64,000 nucleotides of DNA from Psammoneis japonica (lineage: Eukaryota): the NCBI GenBank assembly GCA_008632985.1, contig QPGO01000031.1, forward strand, positions 248,001 through 312,000, given 5' to 3'. Below the pieces are notes generated by a model. The model ran no database searches, was not told the DNA's origin, and saw only the letters and a program-made list of their open reading frames with translations. The number at the start of each line of letters is the position of its first letter. Positions within the stretch are counted from its first letter, which is position 1. Below, piece by piece: positions 46,769-58,576 of the stretch. Made by a program: the position numbers and the translations under genes.

Positions 46769-49009
46769 TGGGTTTGCTCCTGATGATTCCATGGCATGTG
46801 TGAGCACAAGGAACTTGATCACAAATCAACCCTGGATGATGTGTGACACACAGTTTGAAACTCTTTTTTAGACAAAATTGTGAAATGCATCATCAATGTG
46901 CTTGGTCATCTGAGGTGCTGCATGCTTGTGACAAGAAACACCCACACTTTCCGCGCACACTGGTTTCCAAATGGTCTGACTGCAGCCATTGTTTCAAGTC
47001 ATTGTGGAAGAGCTGCTGCTGTGTCAAGAGCTGCTGCCATTCATGCATTTGTGCCAGAGGATCCATTGTGGCTTCTTGCTGGTGTGCCACCAAAGCTGAC
47101 AAAGACATCAGATGACCTTCAACATCTTGAAAGCAAACAATGTCAAGCACTTTCATCCAGTTGCCAATTGATGTGCCTGTGGCAATCAGCACTGGTGCCT
47201 CATCCTTGCTTGCTCCAGCACATTGCAGTGACTTTGCTGGTCCTCTGGAACCTGCTGAATTGACCATGACAACTGTCATTGGCTCATCACAGATGAAACA
47301 TGTTTGTTGGTGCATTTCATGCACCAACAAGGTTGTGTGCCAGAGTGAGATTTCATTGCCTGGTGCTTGCTGGAAGAACACCATCTGTTCCATCCAAACC
47401 AAGGCTGTGCACCTGGTGGTTCTGTTTGCCTGTTCAGCCATCTGCAGGCCCATTTTGATGACAATGACAGCCAGATGGCACCAAGTGCTTGGCATGTGGC
47501 AACAAAGCCACCCCTGCTCTCAACTGAAAATGCACTTAAGTTTCCACATAAAAAAGCAACTTGCTGCTCATGTCACATTTGTGCCAAAGCTTGTTTGCAC
47601 TGCAAAATGCCTTGGTGTGTCCCCTTCTTGTTTGTCACTTCTCAGACCAGTCAAAACCTTGCACCAGGTCAGAAGAAGAAGGTTTTGCTGCTTTGTCAGA
47701 AGCTTGGGCACACCAATTTTCAACACACATCTGTTGGCTCTGTCACACATGCCTTGAGATCCCACCAAGTCTTGTTTCCTCTCAAACCCCAAACAGCAGC
47801 TGTGGTTGGTTGCACAGCATGCCTTTGAGCGCTGCACAATGACTTTTTAAGACAAGGTGCTGTTCTCCCAGCTGTTGCAGCAGTTCTAAACTGCTGCCAC
47901 CAACCACAGACAGAGATTTGGCATGCCCAGTCAGTGTGCCTCAGTTGGTCAGTGCATCATCAGCCACATCCCCAGCCATCTTTTGCCAACAAGCAAGGGA
48001 CAAAAACTCAAGAAGAAAGAGAGCAGTGGCAGCACAATTTTTGTTGGCCATGCTTCCAACTGTGTGTTCCTGACCTGTCAAGAGTTGGTCTCACCACAGA
48101 AAAAGCCAATTGTGCTGGGCACACTTTTGAGCAACAACTCAGTGACTGGCTTGGCATGTGCTGTGTGAGTCAAGACATGTCAAGTTGACAAAATGCCCCT
48201 TTTTCTGAAGCTTTTGTGCAAAATCAAGAAGACAAAAGACTTCTTTGGTGTTGGTGCCCATCACCCAAATGGCACTGCAAAGCAAGCAACTTAAAGTGTC
48301 ACTTCCTGCTGAGCACAAGTCAGTGTGCCAGCACTGCACACTGTCCTCATGCAGCCAAGACTGTGCAAATTTGGGAATGCCCCTTTTTTGTGACCTGTGC
48401 AGTCCATCTTTGGAGTCACCCACCAAAAGCTTCAAACCATGGCAGTCAAGATCTTTTCACAGCTGTGCACACCTCTGTGCAGCACCCGCACACATGGGAT
48501 CAACCTGCCTGTGTTTTGGCAGATCCCAAACTGCACCACAACAGGAGAAACCCAACAAACAGGATTCCAAGAAAGCTGCTGTGGCAAGCAAGTGGCTGCC
48601 CTGGCATGCCCCTCTCTCATTCCACCACTGTTGGTCTTGTTCCAAATTTGGCAGGTTCCACATGGCTGGTCCATGACAGCCATTTCACAGCAGCAGCCAC
48701 TCAACAGCAAATCTGATGTTTTTAAAACATTTCAAAAACAGACACCTTTTCTGCCAACATTTGGGAAATTCTGTCAGCCACTGATTCAGCAGCAAAAACC
48801 ATGCTCTTGACTCCCAGCCCTCTAAAGACCCATGCTGCTGCTGTCCTTGGATGATGCCCAAAGAATGCTGCCACACCACACAATGACCCCCCACACCAGG
48901 GGGGGCATCCACAGCACCACCACCTGCAGCACACGACCATCACCAGGAATGATGCCTGGGTCACCTCTTCTGCCACAGCTTCTGCACCAATTCTGTTTGT
49001 TCCTTTGAG

Positions 49010-49025
49010 TGAGACAGAGAGAGAG

Positions 49026-49061
<36 letters not shown>
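49010..49061. repeat. Compound (GA)n(CAG)n microsatellite
   Basis: Read directly from the sequence. Confidence 0.9.
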
Positions 49062-49062
<1 letters not shown>

Positions 49063-51211
49063 AAATCCAAAATGCTCTGTTGAGTTAGAGAAGCACACTG
49101 TGATCAGGCAACGGTCATTTGTTCTCATTGCATTGCAGCAGGAAAGCATTGCTGAAGCACTCAGATCAAAGAACTCATGCACAACCAGCATGAATGTCTT
49201 CCACAAACATGCAAAGTGAAAACACAGCACACTCAAAGAGGTGCACTGACTGGCCTTTGCAGTTCCTGGAGCCAGTTCTGCAAAGTCAATCCAACCTGGC
49301 AGGAAAGTGCAATCAGAGTGGCCCTGTTTGCTTGGCACATGCCAAGCCTGTCACATCGAAAAATGTCCCCTTCCTTGTCAATGGCAAAGATGCTCAGGAG
49401 GAAGCAGGCTTTTTAATGTTGGATGAGTGGTGCGTGCTTCCCGCTTGCTTGTGCATCTCCAAGTGCAACCCGCACCTTGCGTGCTGCACCAAATTCTGGC
49501 ACTTTTCACAAAGCAAGCTCAATCACATCACTGCTTTTTTGAATCCTCCCATTGACAAGGAGGATCCCAAATGGGGTGCAGGGATGCCCAAAGAGAGGAG
49601 CACAAATGCTCTCTGGTGCACATTCACAATGCTGTGAGGAGCTGCTCTAAACCTGCCAAAGAGCCAAAAACTCATGAAGACTGTGTGTGGTCTCAAAGAA
49701 GAACCCAACAGTTTTTTGTCCACCTGAAGTCAAAGTCAGAAGAGGATGCTGAAATCCACTCTCAAGAAGACGATGCTGGTCTGTGCCTCTTTGTCTGGTG
49801 ACAAAGTGGTCTGCTTGGTGCACATCAATGAGAAACACACTTTTTTGGCCAGGGAAGGGTGCATCAAAAAGGAGGTGATCAAAAAACTCAAATTGACAAA
49901 GGTTTGTCATTTGCTGAAGCAAATGATTCTGTTGCAGGTTTTTTGGGCACTGCACATTGAGGTTTTGCAACACCAATGGTGCAATCATGCTGCGCCAGAG
50001 CAGTCTGGCTGATTGTGCTGTGCAGATGCTTTCAAGGCAGGCAACTTGTCAAAGGTGGCCTGAACATCTGCACAAGCTGCTCTTTTGGTCAAAGATGAAA
50101 AGGGAGATCCCCCTTGATTAAAGCCTTCAACAACGTCAATGTGTTTTTGGCACATGTGATGTGTTCTGGGATCTCCAAGGTCACACCTCCTCTCCAGGCC
50201 CAAGCATGTCACCTGTGCAGTCAGCTCAGGAGCAGCCAGAGTTGTGCACAGTCTGCTTCAGTCAACACCTCAAGGGTGCCCTCAATGAAGGTTTGATCCT
50301 CTTAAAGACATCAGGAGAGACTTCAATGTGTGTTTGTGTTTTCTTCTTGAGCTCAAATGTTGCTGGATTGTGGCTGGTTTAAGACAAGCAAGACCTGACC
50401 TGTGTAAAAAGCCATGCAGGGTTTGAAATCTGCACTTTAAACTGTCCTGTCATTTGTTCAAGCAAGCTTGCACCTGACACAGCCTTGTCCACCATGATGG
50501 AAGCACAGAGTGCAGTGTGCTTGTGCACCACTCTCATTTCCGCTTGTTGCATGAAAGCTGCTCTCCCCCTTCACAAAAAACACACAAGCCATTTTGCAAG
50601 GTGTTTGAATTGGTCTGGGTGTCCCTGAGGCCATCAAAACCATGGCATGGGATGACAATGTTGGATCTTTGTCCCTGGCCAACGTGGGACCTGGTCAAAT
50701 CACGATGGGGTCATCCAAGCACTTAGAACATCAAGCACCACAAGATTTGTGTTGTTCGCTGCTGAAACCAAATGGAGTTGTTGCATCTAAGATTACAACA
50801 GACATGCAGTGCACCATCATTTTCACCGAGGGACTCGGGATTGTCAAGTTCGAGTCCATTCGCAAGTTGCTTTGCGGCATTGCTGGCTTCTTCGTTCGAG
50901 AGGCAGTGTCGCAACAACATCACGCCATTACCAGCATGCGTTTGAAGTTTCGCGCCTTCGCACTTGAAGCCTTCTTTTGCGCTTCTGCTCTCTATCTCAT
51001 CACCTAGCATGTAATCAACATTAGCAGCAACTACAAGTGTCTATCAACACTGTCTATTGTCACTGACTCTATTGTTAGTGATGCTGTTTCGTATATTCGA
51101 CCGACAGTCGAATCTCATCGCTCTCAGCCGACAGTCATCGCAACAGGTGGCCGCTTTAAAACATTTCATATCGTTTCTGGCTGATAGTTGTGGCATGAAC
51201 GAACGAAACAT

Positions 51212-52156
51212 TCACATTTGATCCTCCACCTTTGCTCCTTCCTCCTCCAGCCGCATATACTTCTCTCGAAACGCCTCCCAGGCTGGAAATTGTACTCGTT
51301 TCCGCACCCGCTCTCGTCTTCTCTTTGCGTAATACTCGTCAATCTTGCTGTACATCATCGGAACAACCACAGTGAATGCCACAACTGAGACAACATGCTC
51401 AGCCAACCAATTGCCCACTACCATGAGTGGTCCAAGCCAAGGAAGATTTCGCATATCATGTCCCACCAAAATGACATTAACAGTTTTTTGCAACAGCTGA
51501 ATAAGTCGACTTGTCAAGAACGGTACCAAGGATACCAGTACAGCCCAATAGATAAAGACACGACTGGTAATGCGGGTACAAGAGAGAATGGCAATATCCT
51601 CAAACTCTTCTATTCCAATTCTCCCTTTTGTCTTCGAGGTTGCTATGTCAAAGAGCTCGTCGACCTGCGTGCGATTAAGTGGTTGGCAGGCCGCAATTCC
51701 AATGTACTTTGCCAAATGCAGATGAACGAGAAGGATCCCAGTGTACAAGTCTTTGCGTGATATTTGCCCGTTCTGATCGGTGTCGCACTTGGAAAAGGCC
51801 CATTGGATCAATCCACGAAAGGCTTTACTGTTGGTCCATCGTCGTCGCTTCCTACGCGAAAAAATCAATGAACTCCGTTTCGGCTGAGTATCATTGTTCT
51901 TCAAGCCGTGTTCAATCACTGGTCGGAGCATATGATACAAGCGAACCATACGTGACAACTTATTGACGCCTGTTTCCACCGTCTCTGGTTCGACCTTTTC
52001 AGAAGGCTCGTTGGAAAGAAAGATTGCCGGTGGACTACTTGCTCCAAAACAGGCTCTGGGAGCCGAAAAGGATGAAACTCTCGGCGCGAGAGACGCTGCC
52101 ATTCCGATGCAACAAGCCATCCGCATCACCCACAGCATACCCAGATGATGCTTCAT
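51212..52156 (-). CDS. EF-hand-containing membrane protein with N-terminal signal/transit-like peptide
   Basis: AFSKCDTDQNGQISRKDLY EF loop, a second degenerate loop and C-terminal TM helices. Confidence 0.75.
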   Translation of the reverse strand: MKHHLGMLWVMRMACCIGMAASLAPRVSSFSAPRACFGASSPPAIFLSNEPSEKVEPETVETGVNKLSRMVRLYHMLRPVIEHGLKNNDTQPKRSSLIFSRRKRRRWTNSKAFRGLIQWAFSKCDTDQNGQISRKDLYTGILLVHLHLAKYIGIAACQPLNRTQVDELFDIATSKTKGRIGIEEFEDIAILSCTRITSRVFIYWAVLVSLVPFLTSRLIQLLQKTVNVILVGHDMRNLPWLGPLMVVGNWLAEHVVSVVAFTVVVPMMYSKIDEYYAKRRRERVRKRVQFPAWEAFREKYMRLEEEGAKVEDQM

Positions 52157-52798
52157 GCTGGACCATCACTGGGCATCCAACAGTGTGGACGGTGCTCCCG
52201 CAGGCGGCGGTCGGCGGTGGGCGAAATTTCAGGACGGGTTGGCGCGCATCAGCAGTTATGAGGCTACGACTAGCACAATGTGCAAAATAGACTATTACAA
52301 ACTGAATACTTTGTATTTAAATATATAGTAAATGTCTGAATGATTGGTATGTAAAATGACTGCACATGACTCCTGCTGTAGAATTTGTACCAGTCTACGT
52401 ATTTATTGCTCTACAAACTGAAGCCCTATAGAAATGTCTGGTGTTAAGTAAATTCAAATGTCGGAGCCGCCAAAATGGACCGAAACGCCGGCCACGTCTT
52501 TTAATAAAACATGCGATCTTGGTTATTGATTATGAAGCAGTCGGAGTTGAAACAGTAATATCAAAATTAATTTGAGTCTTAATTTGAATAGGAAACATTT
52601 AAAAAATCTTCTAATTGTGTTACAAATATCGATTTTTGACTACAAATTGTATGGGTTACATCTGTAAAAATGCCCTAATTATTTGCTAAAAGCCGTTATC
52701 GTTAAATATCGATGTACAAAAAATGCGATACGGGTGTTCAGGACGTTTTTTACAGTTCACATTGTGCTAGTCGTAACTCCATAGCCCCACTCCCAGCG

Positions 52799-53437
52799 CG
52801 AACCATGCAGTGGTTCGCCGCGCGAAATCACGGATGCGCGCGACTGTTGCCCCGAACCATCACGTGGTTCGCTGCACGCCAAAAACGACCCGATACACAA
52901 TGGTTAAAAAGGTAGAAGGTAAAGAGACATCTATAATAACTTTGCATCAGTCGATACAGCAAAGTCTATTTGACAATATGTATGCTTTATTTTAGTGGTT
53001 TACTACGTTCTTAAAAGTCTCCGTACTACTGCCGTCTTGTTCATCGTCGAACCACATTTTTCTGGTGAATTTTGGCATTTGACCCGCTGGTACAAATTAC
53101 ACGTAGATTTCTACGCACGTCCTCCCGAACCACATCATGGTTCGACAATTCTACGGGGTTCTTGGTACTTATCTACGCAGCGAACCATTGAGTGGTTCGA
53201 TAATATCTTCTGGTACTGTTCTACGGTGGTTTCTACGGGGTGATAAAATCACCGCCAACGACCATGACGGTGATTTGACGGCGACCGTGCTTCATACACG
53301 AGTGGTTGCTGACAACATAATGCATTGGTAACGATGGCTTTTTGACTCTATTAAAAGGTTATATATGTGTAGGTACTACTTTATCGTGTCAGTCGCGAGT
53401 TTCACGTTGCGCAAGTTGCGAACCACTGAGTGGTTCG
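52799..53437. repeat. Five copies of the palindrome CGAACCA-N5-TGGTTCG
   Basis: Starts at 52799, 52853, 53126, 53181 and 53419. Arms are identical and the 5-nt spacers vary. Confidence 0.9.
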
Positions 53438-54035
53438 ACATTTTGCCCGAGTGGGGCCAGCAATCCGGCATCGATCGCACCGAGTCGGTCCTCTCCGTTG
53501 TGTGTTGTGTGAGCCAATCAGAGATGATGGTCATCCGTCGGCGCTTTTTCAATGACATTCTCATGGTTGTGACAACCTCACCCAGAGGTTTCTGGTTGGT
53601 CCACTGTGACCATGGTGGCTTTTTGCCATTGTCCACACTGCAGATCTTCAGTGAAGGTGCACTGGACAGCTCGGGTTCAAAGTCCCCACTTGTTTCCCTT
53701 CTCTGCAGCTTCTTGTGAGGGCCTGAGGGCCTGCTTGTCATGGTGCCAGCATGGCTGTCAACACATGACAACATGCATTGGACCAGTGTCATTGCCCTGG
53801 CTGTGCTCAGCCAGTTGTGTTGCTGTCCTCAATGCCTTGTGTGTGTGAGAGAGAGAGGTCTCTTGAAAAAAAAAAAAAAAACCACGATGTCATTGTCAGG
53901 CACAACAGACAATGGCCAAACTCTTCAGTGTGGAGAGACAAAGCTGCACAGCACATCTGAGAACAGAGGCAAGAGTGCAGTGGGTGGCAAGCTCATTTTT
54001 GTTGCAAGAAACACACAAAGCCCAAGGAGGTGCAA

Positions 54036-54280
54036 TGACAGAAAATGAAGATGACTGGGTGGAAGAAAACAACAACTCCTTGCTGCTGTCTAAACAGCAG
54101 ATGAGTCTCCGTGCAGAGACCATTGCAGGAGCCGAAAGACTGGTGTCGTGATGTCGGTGCTGCTGTTGTTGTTCTTGGGAGCCGAGTGGCTTGAAAGCAA
54201 ACTGCATCGCGTGACGCGCACGGAACCAAGAGCACACACAATTGTGTGTGACAAACTAAAATCTTGTTCAAATCCTGTCA
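54036..54280 (-). repeat. 3' LTR
   Basis: Direct repeat of 58577-58821, preceded on the minus strand by a purine tract at 54281-54286. Confidence 0.95.
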
Positions 54281-54282
54281 CT

Positions 54283-57200
54283 CCCCAGTTTGCTTGAGGG
54301 GTCAACAGTGACAGATTCAAAGTCAGATTGGTTGAAAGCCTTGGGATCGAAGCTCCAAAACATTAGAGGATGAAGGAGGTTCCAGATTTGGGAGTGACCC
54401 CAATGCTTGCTGAGGATGTCAGCCGGGTTGAGGGAGCCTTCGACAAAATGAAACTCAAGGAAACCGGAGGCAATCGCCTCATGCACATGATGGAATGAGA
54501 GGGTGGTGTGTCGCTTGTGTGACTTGGAGTGTGGGATGGCAGCACTGTCCACAACCGACTTGTTGTTTTCCAGGAAGATCATCATTCGCAGGCCACGGAG
54601 AGACACTGCTCCGGAATGGACACTGTCGACGGGCACGTCTGTGAGGTGTCCATTGGCAACAAGCCTTGCTTTGTGCCGTCCGTCATGTTTGACGTCACAG
54701 ATGAGATGCACCTGGATCTTCTTGTGTCCTGATGGAGCGCTGGAATCGTTGTGGTGTCCGCAGTCGTGGAAGACCTCGCACTCATCAAGCTGAGTCATCT
54801 CGAGGTCCGTTGCATCTCCCCACTTGCGGTTGCCATTGCGCTCATCAAGGGCCATGGCATGCCTGCAGTCCCGCAGCACTTCATGCTCGCACTTGCATCA
54901 TGGCGCAGTGCAAAAGGAGTGACTTGTCTTGGTTGGCCATGCGGAGCAGCCTCTTCTGACAAAGGGCCATCTTGCAAAAGCGTCTCCATCCTTTGGTTTC
55001 TAGAAGGCCGTGCTCACACGGGCAGACAGCACAGGTGACGGGGTCATCCTTGGCAATGATGGCAAGGGGTTCGGATGCAATCTCCCCACTCTCCCATTCA
55101 AGCATGACGTTGTAGCTATCATGGGGTTGCAATGGTCCTTCGTGCGATGCGATGCATCGGAACTTCCAAAGGGTGGTGTCCTCATCTTCTTGCTCAATGT
55201 GGTGCATGATGTCATTGTAGGCTGGGACTTCAGAAGAAGCCATCTTGCAAAAGCATCTCCATCCTTTGGTTTCTAGAAGGCCGTGCTCACGGGCACAGAC
55301 AGCACAGGTGACGGGGTCATCCTTGGCAATGATGGCAAGGGGTTCGGACGTGATCTCCCCATTCTCCCATTCGAGCATGACGTTGCAGCTTGAGTCTTTC
55401 CAAGAGGGATCATGGGGTCACAATGGTCCTTCGTGGAACTTCCAGAGGGTGGTGTCCTCGTCTTCTTGCTTGATGTGGTGCATGATGTCATTGTGGGCCA
55501 GGACTTCCTCGTGTTCGTCATTGTTGATGGAGCAAATGAACTTGGCCAGTTCAGGATTGTCTCCGATTTTCCAGTTGTGGTCCTCAACGACTTTGACAAT
55601 GCGGGCTCTGTGGCGTTGTCCATCCTCTTGTGGCTTCATGAGGAAGGTGCATCCTGTGACATCCTCAGGGTCAAAGACCGGCATTTTGGGCATCCTGATC
55701 GCCTCCCCATCTGGTGAATCTGGCAAATCCTTGGAGTCGTGGCGGGATTTAATGACAGGTTCAGCAGATTTCTTGACAGGAGGATCAAGATGCAGGTTTG
55801 GAGCAGACGGATCATGGGCGGAGCGCACGTTGGAATGGCAGAGAATCTTCTGAGTGTCGTCAGAAAGAATCTTGAACGTCATTTGGTGACCAACGTGCTT
55901 GGCGATGTGCGGGAGGCTGGCTTTGATGTCAATGGGAATGACGCATCCATCAACAGTGGTGACATGCTGTGGACCGTCAGGGACCTTGATGGACCGATCG
56001 TTGACATTGTGTTTGTGCCACTCGAGCTGGCCGCAAGAGTGCATCGTCTTCCCCTTTTCAGTGTGGGCGCACTGGTGAAGGATGGCAATGGCAGGGCCGC
56101 GTTGCGTGTGGATGACACCACCGGCAGTGACAATGGGAATGTCTGCCAGTTGATGATCATCAACACCTTGGACGTCAATGTCATTGGGCTTCGCGTCGGA
56201 GCGGACGGAAGGTGCAGATCCAGGTGGTTTCTCGCCAGAATGGGCAGAAGGAGGCCGTTCAGGTGCCAGGAGACATTGCAAGTCGCCGGGTGGCAGGGGC
56301 TTGTGCCTGGTGAGATGAGCCAGAATGGGGTTGGTGTCGGCTGCATCGGCTGCAGCATCGGATTGTGCGAAGGCTGATGCAAGATCGTGAGTGTTGGCGG
56401 ACAAGTTGACATCGCCATTGCTGCCAATGCGGAGGTCGTGCAGGTTGACCACCGTCAAGTCATGGCAGTTGCTGGTGTGGGCAGTGCGCGAGCCAAGAAT
56501 GATGACCTTGGTGGACTGGGGCAAGGTGTCCCAAATTCGCTGATGGTCCGGCCGGAATGTGACGCCATTGTTCCTTGGTGAGGGAATTGCCACGAGTTTG
56601 CACAGCATGAGCTTGGATGACGTCAACATCACTGTCAATGTCAAAGAATGCATTGTCATCAGGGTCGTCAGGGACCAGGTCATGTTCGTAGATGGCACGG
56701 TGCGGAGCGCGAGGAGCCGTCTTGGACTGTGCTGCAGCAGAAAGCAGAAGTCCACAGTGCTCTTCACAAGAGAGCCCCTTTCCATTCTGCGTGCGGAGCT
56801 GATCAGCTTGATTCTTTACCAAATGGAGTTCTTCGACAGGATGAATGGCGTTCTCAAGCATGACATGTTTCTGGCCAGCAGAGAAATGGCCCGCACCCGG
56901 GACAAGAGCTTCACACTTGCGGAGCTGGTCCTGCCAGTGAAGTGTGAAGGCATGGGTGGATCCCTTCCAGGTGCCATCACCAAGGCGAGCAGTGGTGAGG
57001 TGCGTGAGAAGGGTCGAGGACTCCAGGGATGCGTGAGTGGAAGTGAGGGCACACTTGGAAAGGTCGCGATGCACCGCTTGAGCATCAGAGGAGCTGACAT
57101 GTTGACAAACAAGCGCCTTGCCTTTGTCATTCTGCAAGATCCGTTCAAATGCAGCGAACATGCACTTCTGTTGTTCATCAAACAGGGCCTTGTCCTCAGC

Positions 57201-57764
57201 TGTGGAGGGCTTGTGCTTCGGATCAAGAATGAGTTCGACGTCCTGGGAGCGGGCCTGTGCAATGATGGAGGTGTGCCACGTGTGCCACTGTTTGTCTGAC
57301 TTGAGAGTCACGAAGGTGAGTGGGTCACGTTTGATGCCTCGTTTTAAGTCACATGCAGGGTCACATGGTTTGGGTGGCAAAGAGCCAGGGGTGGGAGCAG
57401 ATGGCGCTGCACCCATGGAGAGGGATGCTGCATGCTCAGGACTAAGACGACAGTCAGTGAACTCCTCGTGAGTGAACAATTGAGGGTTGTTGCTGACATC
57501 CACGCTGCCGCGCGCTTTTGCCGTGCACAGGCCAATCAGCGCAGCCATCTGTGCTTTGTAACCACGTGACAAGGGCATCTGATTGGTGCCATTGTTGCAC
57601 ACAAGGGCATCCAGTTGCGTTGGAGTAAAAGCAAAAAGGTCCTGACAAGAATCGGTTCCATCAATGTTGAGAGCGGAGTGCAATGGACTGTCTGTGGCTT
57701 GATTCAGAACAGTGCCTAGAACATGCTTGAGTCCATTGATTTGTTGTTGCCTGGTGAGAACCAT
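54283..57764 (-). pseudogene. Decayed gag-pol of the copia element
   Basis: Gag ORF 57764-56460, a partial protease region (IPIVTAGGVIHTQRGPAIAILHQ), the post-integrase region, and the RT N-terminus fused to the RNase H C-terminus. Frameshifts are present. Confidence 0.9.
54966..55507. repeat. Internal ~270-bp tandem duplication in pol
   Basis: 54966-55231 versus 55239-55507 (both encode NDIMHHI...EWE.GEI.SEPLAIIAKDDPVTCAVC). Confidence 0.9.
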
Positions 57765-58576
57765 GTTGCAACTGGGTGGATGTCGGAACTGGCTGGAGTC
57801 GGAGGGTGAGCTTGAAACAACTTGAAACTTGACTTGAGTCTTGACTTGATGTCTTGAACTATCTCAAGAGTCAGAAGCCACCGGGCTGTGATGTCCCATT
57901 CACAGTCAAGTGCCAAGCTTCCCATCTGGTCCACAGAGTTGTGCTGGCATGTCCAAACCCGCAGCTGGTGATGCTTTGGGTTGCCTGAGAGCAGAGTGAT
58001 GGGTTAAAAACCCCTGCTGACAAGCCAACCAGAGGTGGACAAGACCTCCGAACCATTCTTGTTTTATGTCAGTTGGATGACCTGATCAGGCCGGCCAAAT
58101 TTGGCACTGTGGAGGGATGAACAAATGTGGGAAATGCACCCTCGCCCCAATGCAGGCTGTGATCATGAACTGCTTCCTCTCACAGTTGTCCTCGTGGACC
58201 TTGTAGAACTGCTGAGGACCAGCAATCTGGTGCAGGCTACAAGGCGGCAGACTTGGCATGTGCAGAGCAGGGCCAGAGTCAGGGTTTACATTGTGTGCTT
58301 GTGGATGCAAGCGGATGGATTGGCAGGATCCACTGCAAGGAATCTGGAATCTTGGATGTCTGAGAATTTGGGAATTCCTGGCCAAACAAACATCCGTTGA
58401 ACAAACACATCCAATGATGGGAGTTGTTGGACAAATCCAAATGTGTGGATTTAATCCAGCATCCAGCAGTGAAGAAGGCAGACACATGCTTCCACCGCCA
58501 ACGGTGCGCATCGTTGAAAATTTCTCGATGATGATGATGAACGCTCAACGGACAACAAAGAGCAAGACTGTCAATC

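Larger units (their letters stand above)
42510..50720. other. TpA-depleted hypermutated domain 5 (about 8 kb)
   Basis: Survivors are nearly all TTAA/CTAA/TTAG/CTAG. CpG is retained at 42650-43720 and almost absent from 44500-50600. Confidence 0.9.

Noticed and set aside
43800..50700. Dense overlapping ORFs rich in C, H, Q, W and M in all six frames (also 5200-6750, 39450-41000, 58000-60800)
   Set aside because: By-product of TpA loss, which removes many TAA/TAG stops and Tyr codons. No coherent protein motifs, so not called as genes.
52290..52730. AT-rich intergenic tracts (also 8330-8660) as mobile elements
   Set aside because: No terminal repeats or target-site duplication found by eye.
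52799..53437. Palindromic repeats as a CRISPR array
   Set aside because: Irregular spacing, variable centre within the repeat, eukaryotic context and no cas genes.
54283..57764. Alternative genetic code or ADAR-type RNA editing of the retroelement
   Set aside because: Neighbouring genes use standard Tyr codons. The changes occur on both strands, differ between the two LTRs and extend into non-retroelement flanks.
58555..58576. Primer-binding site next to the 5' LTR
   Set aside because: The sequence (minus strand gattgacagtcttgct) has no clear TGG start or tRNA complement I can verify, and it may be mutated.
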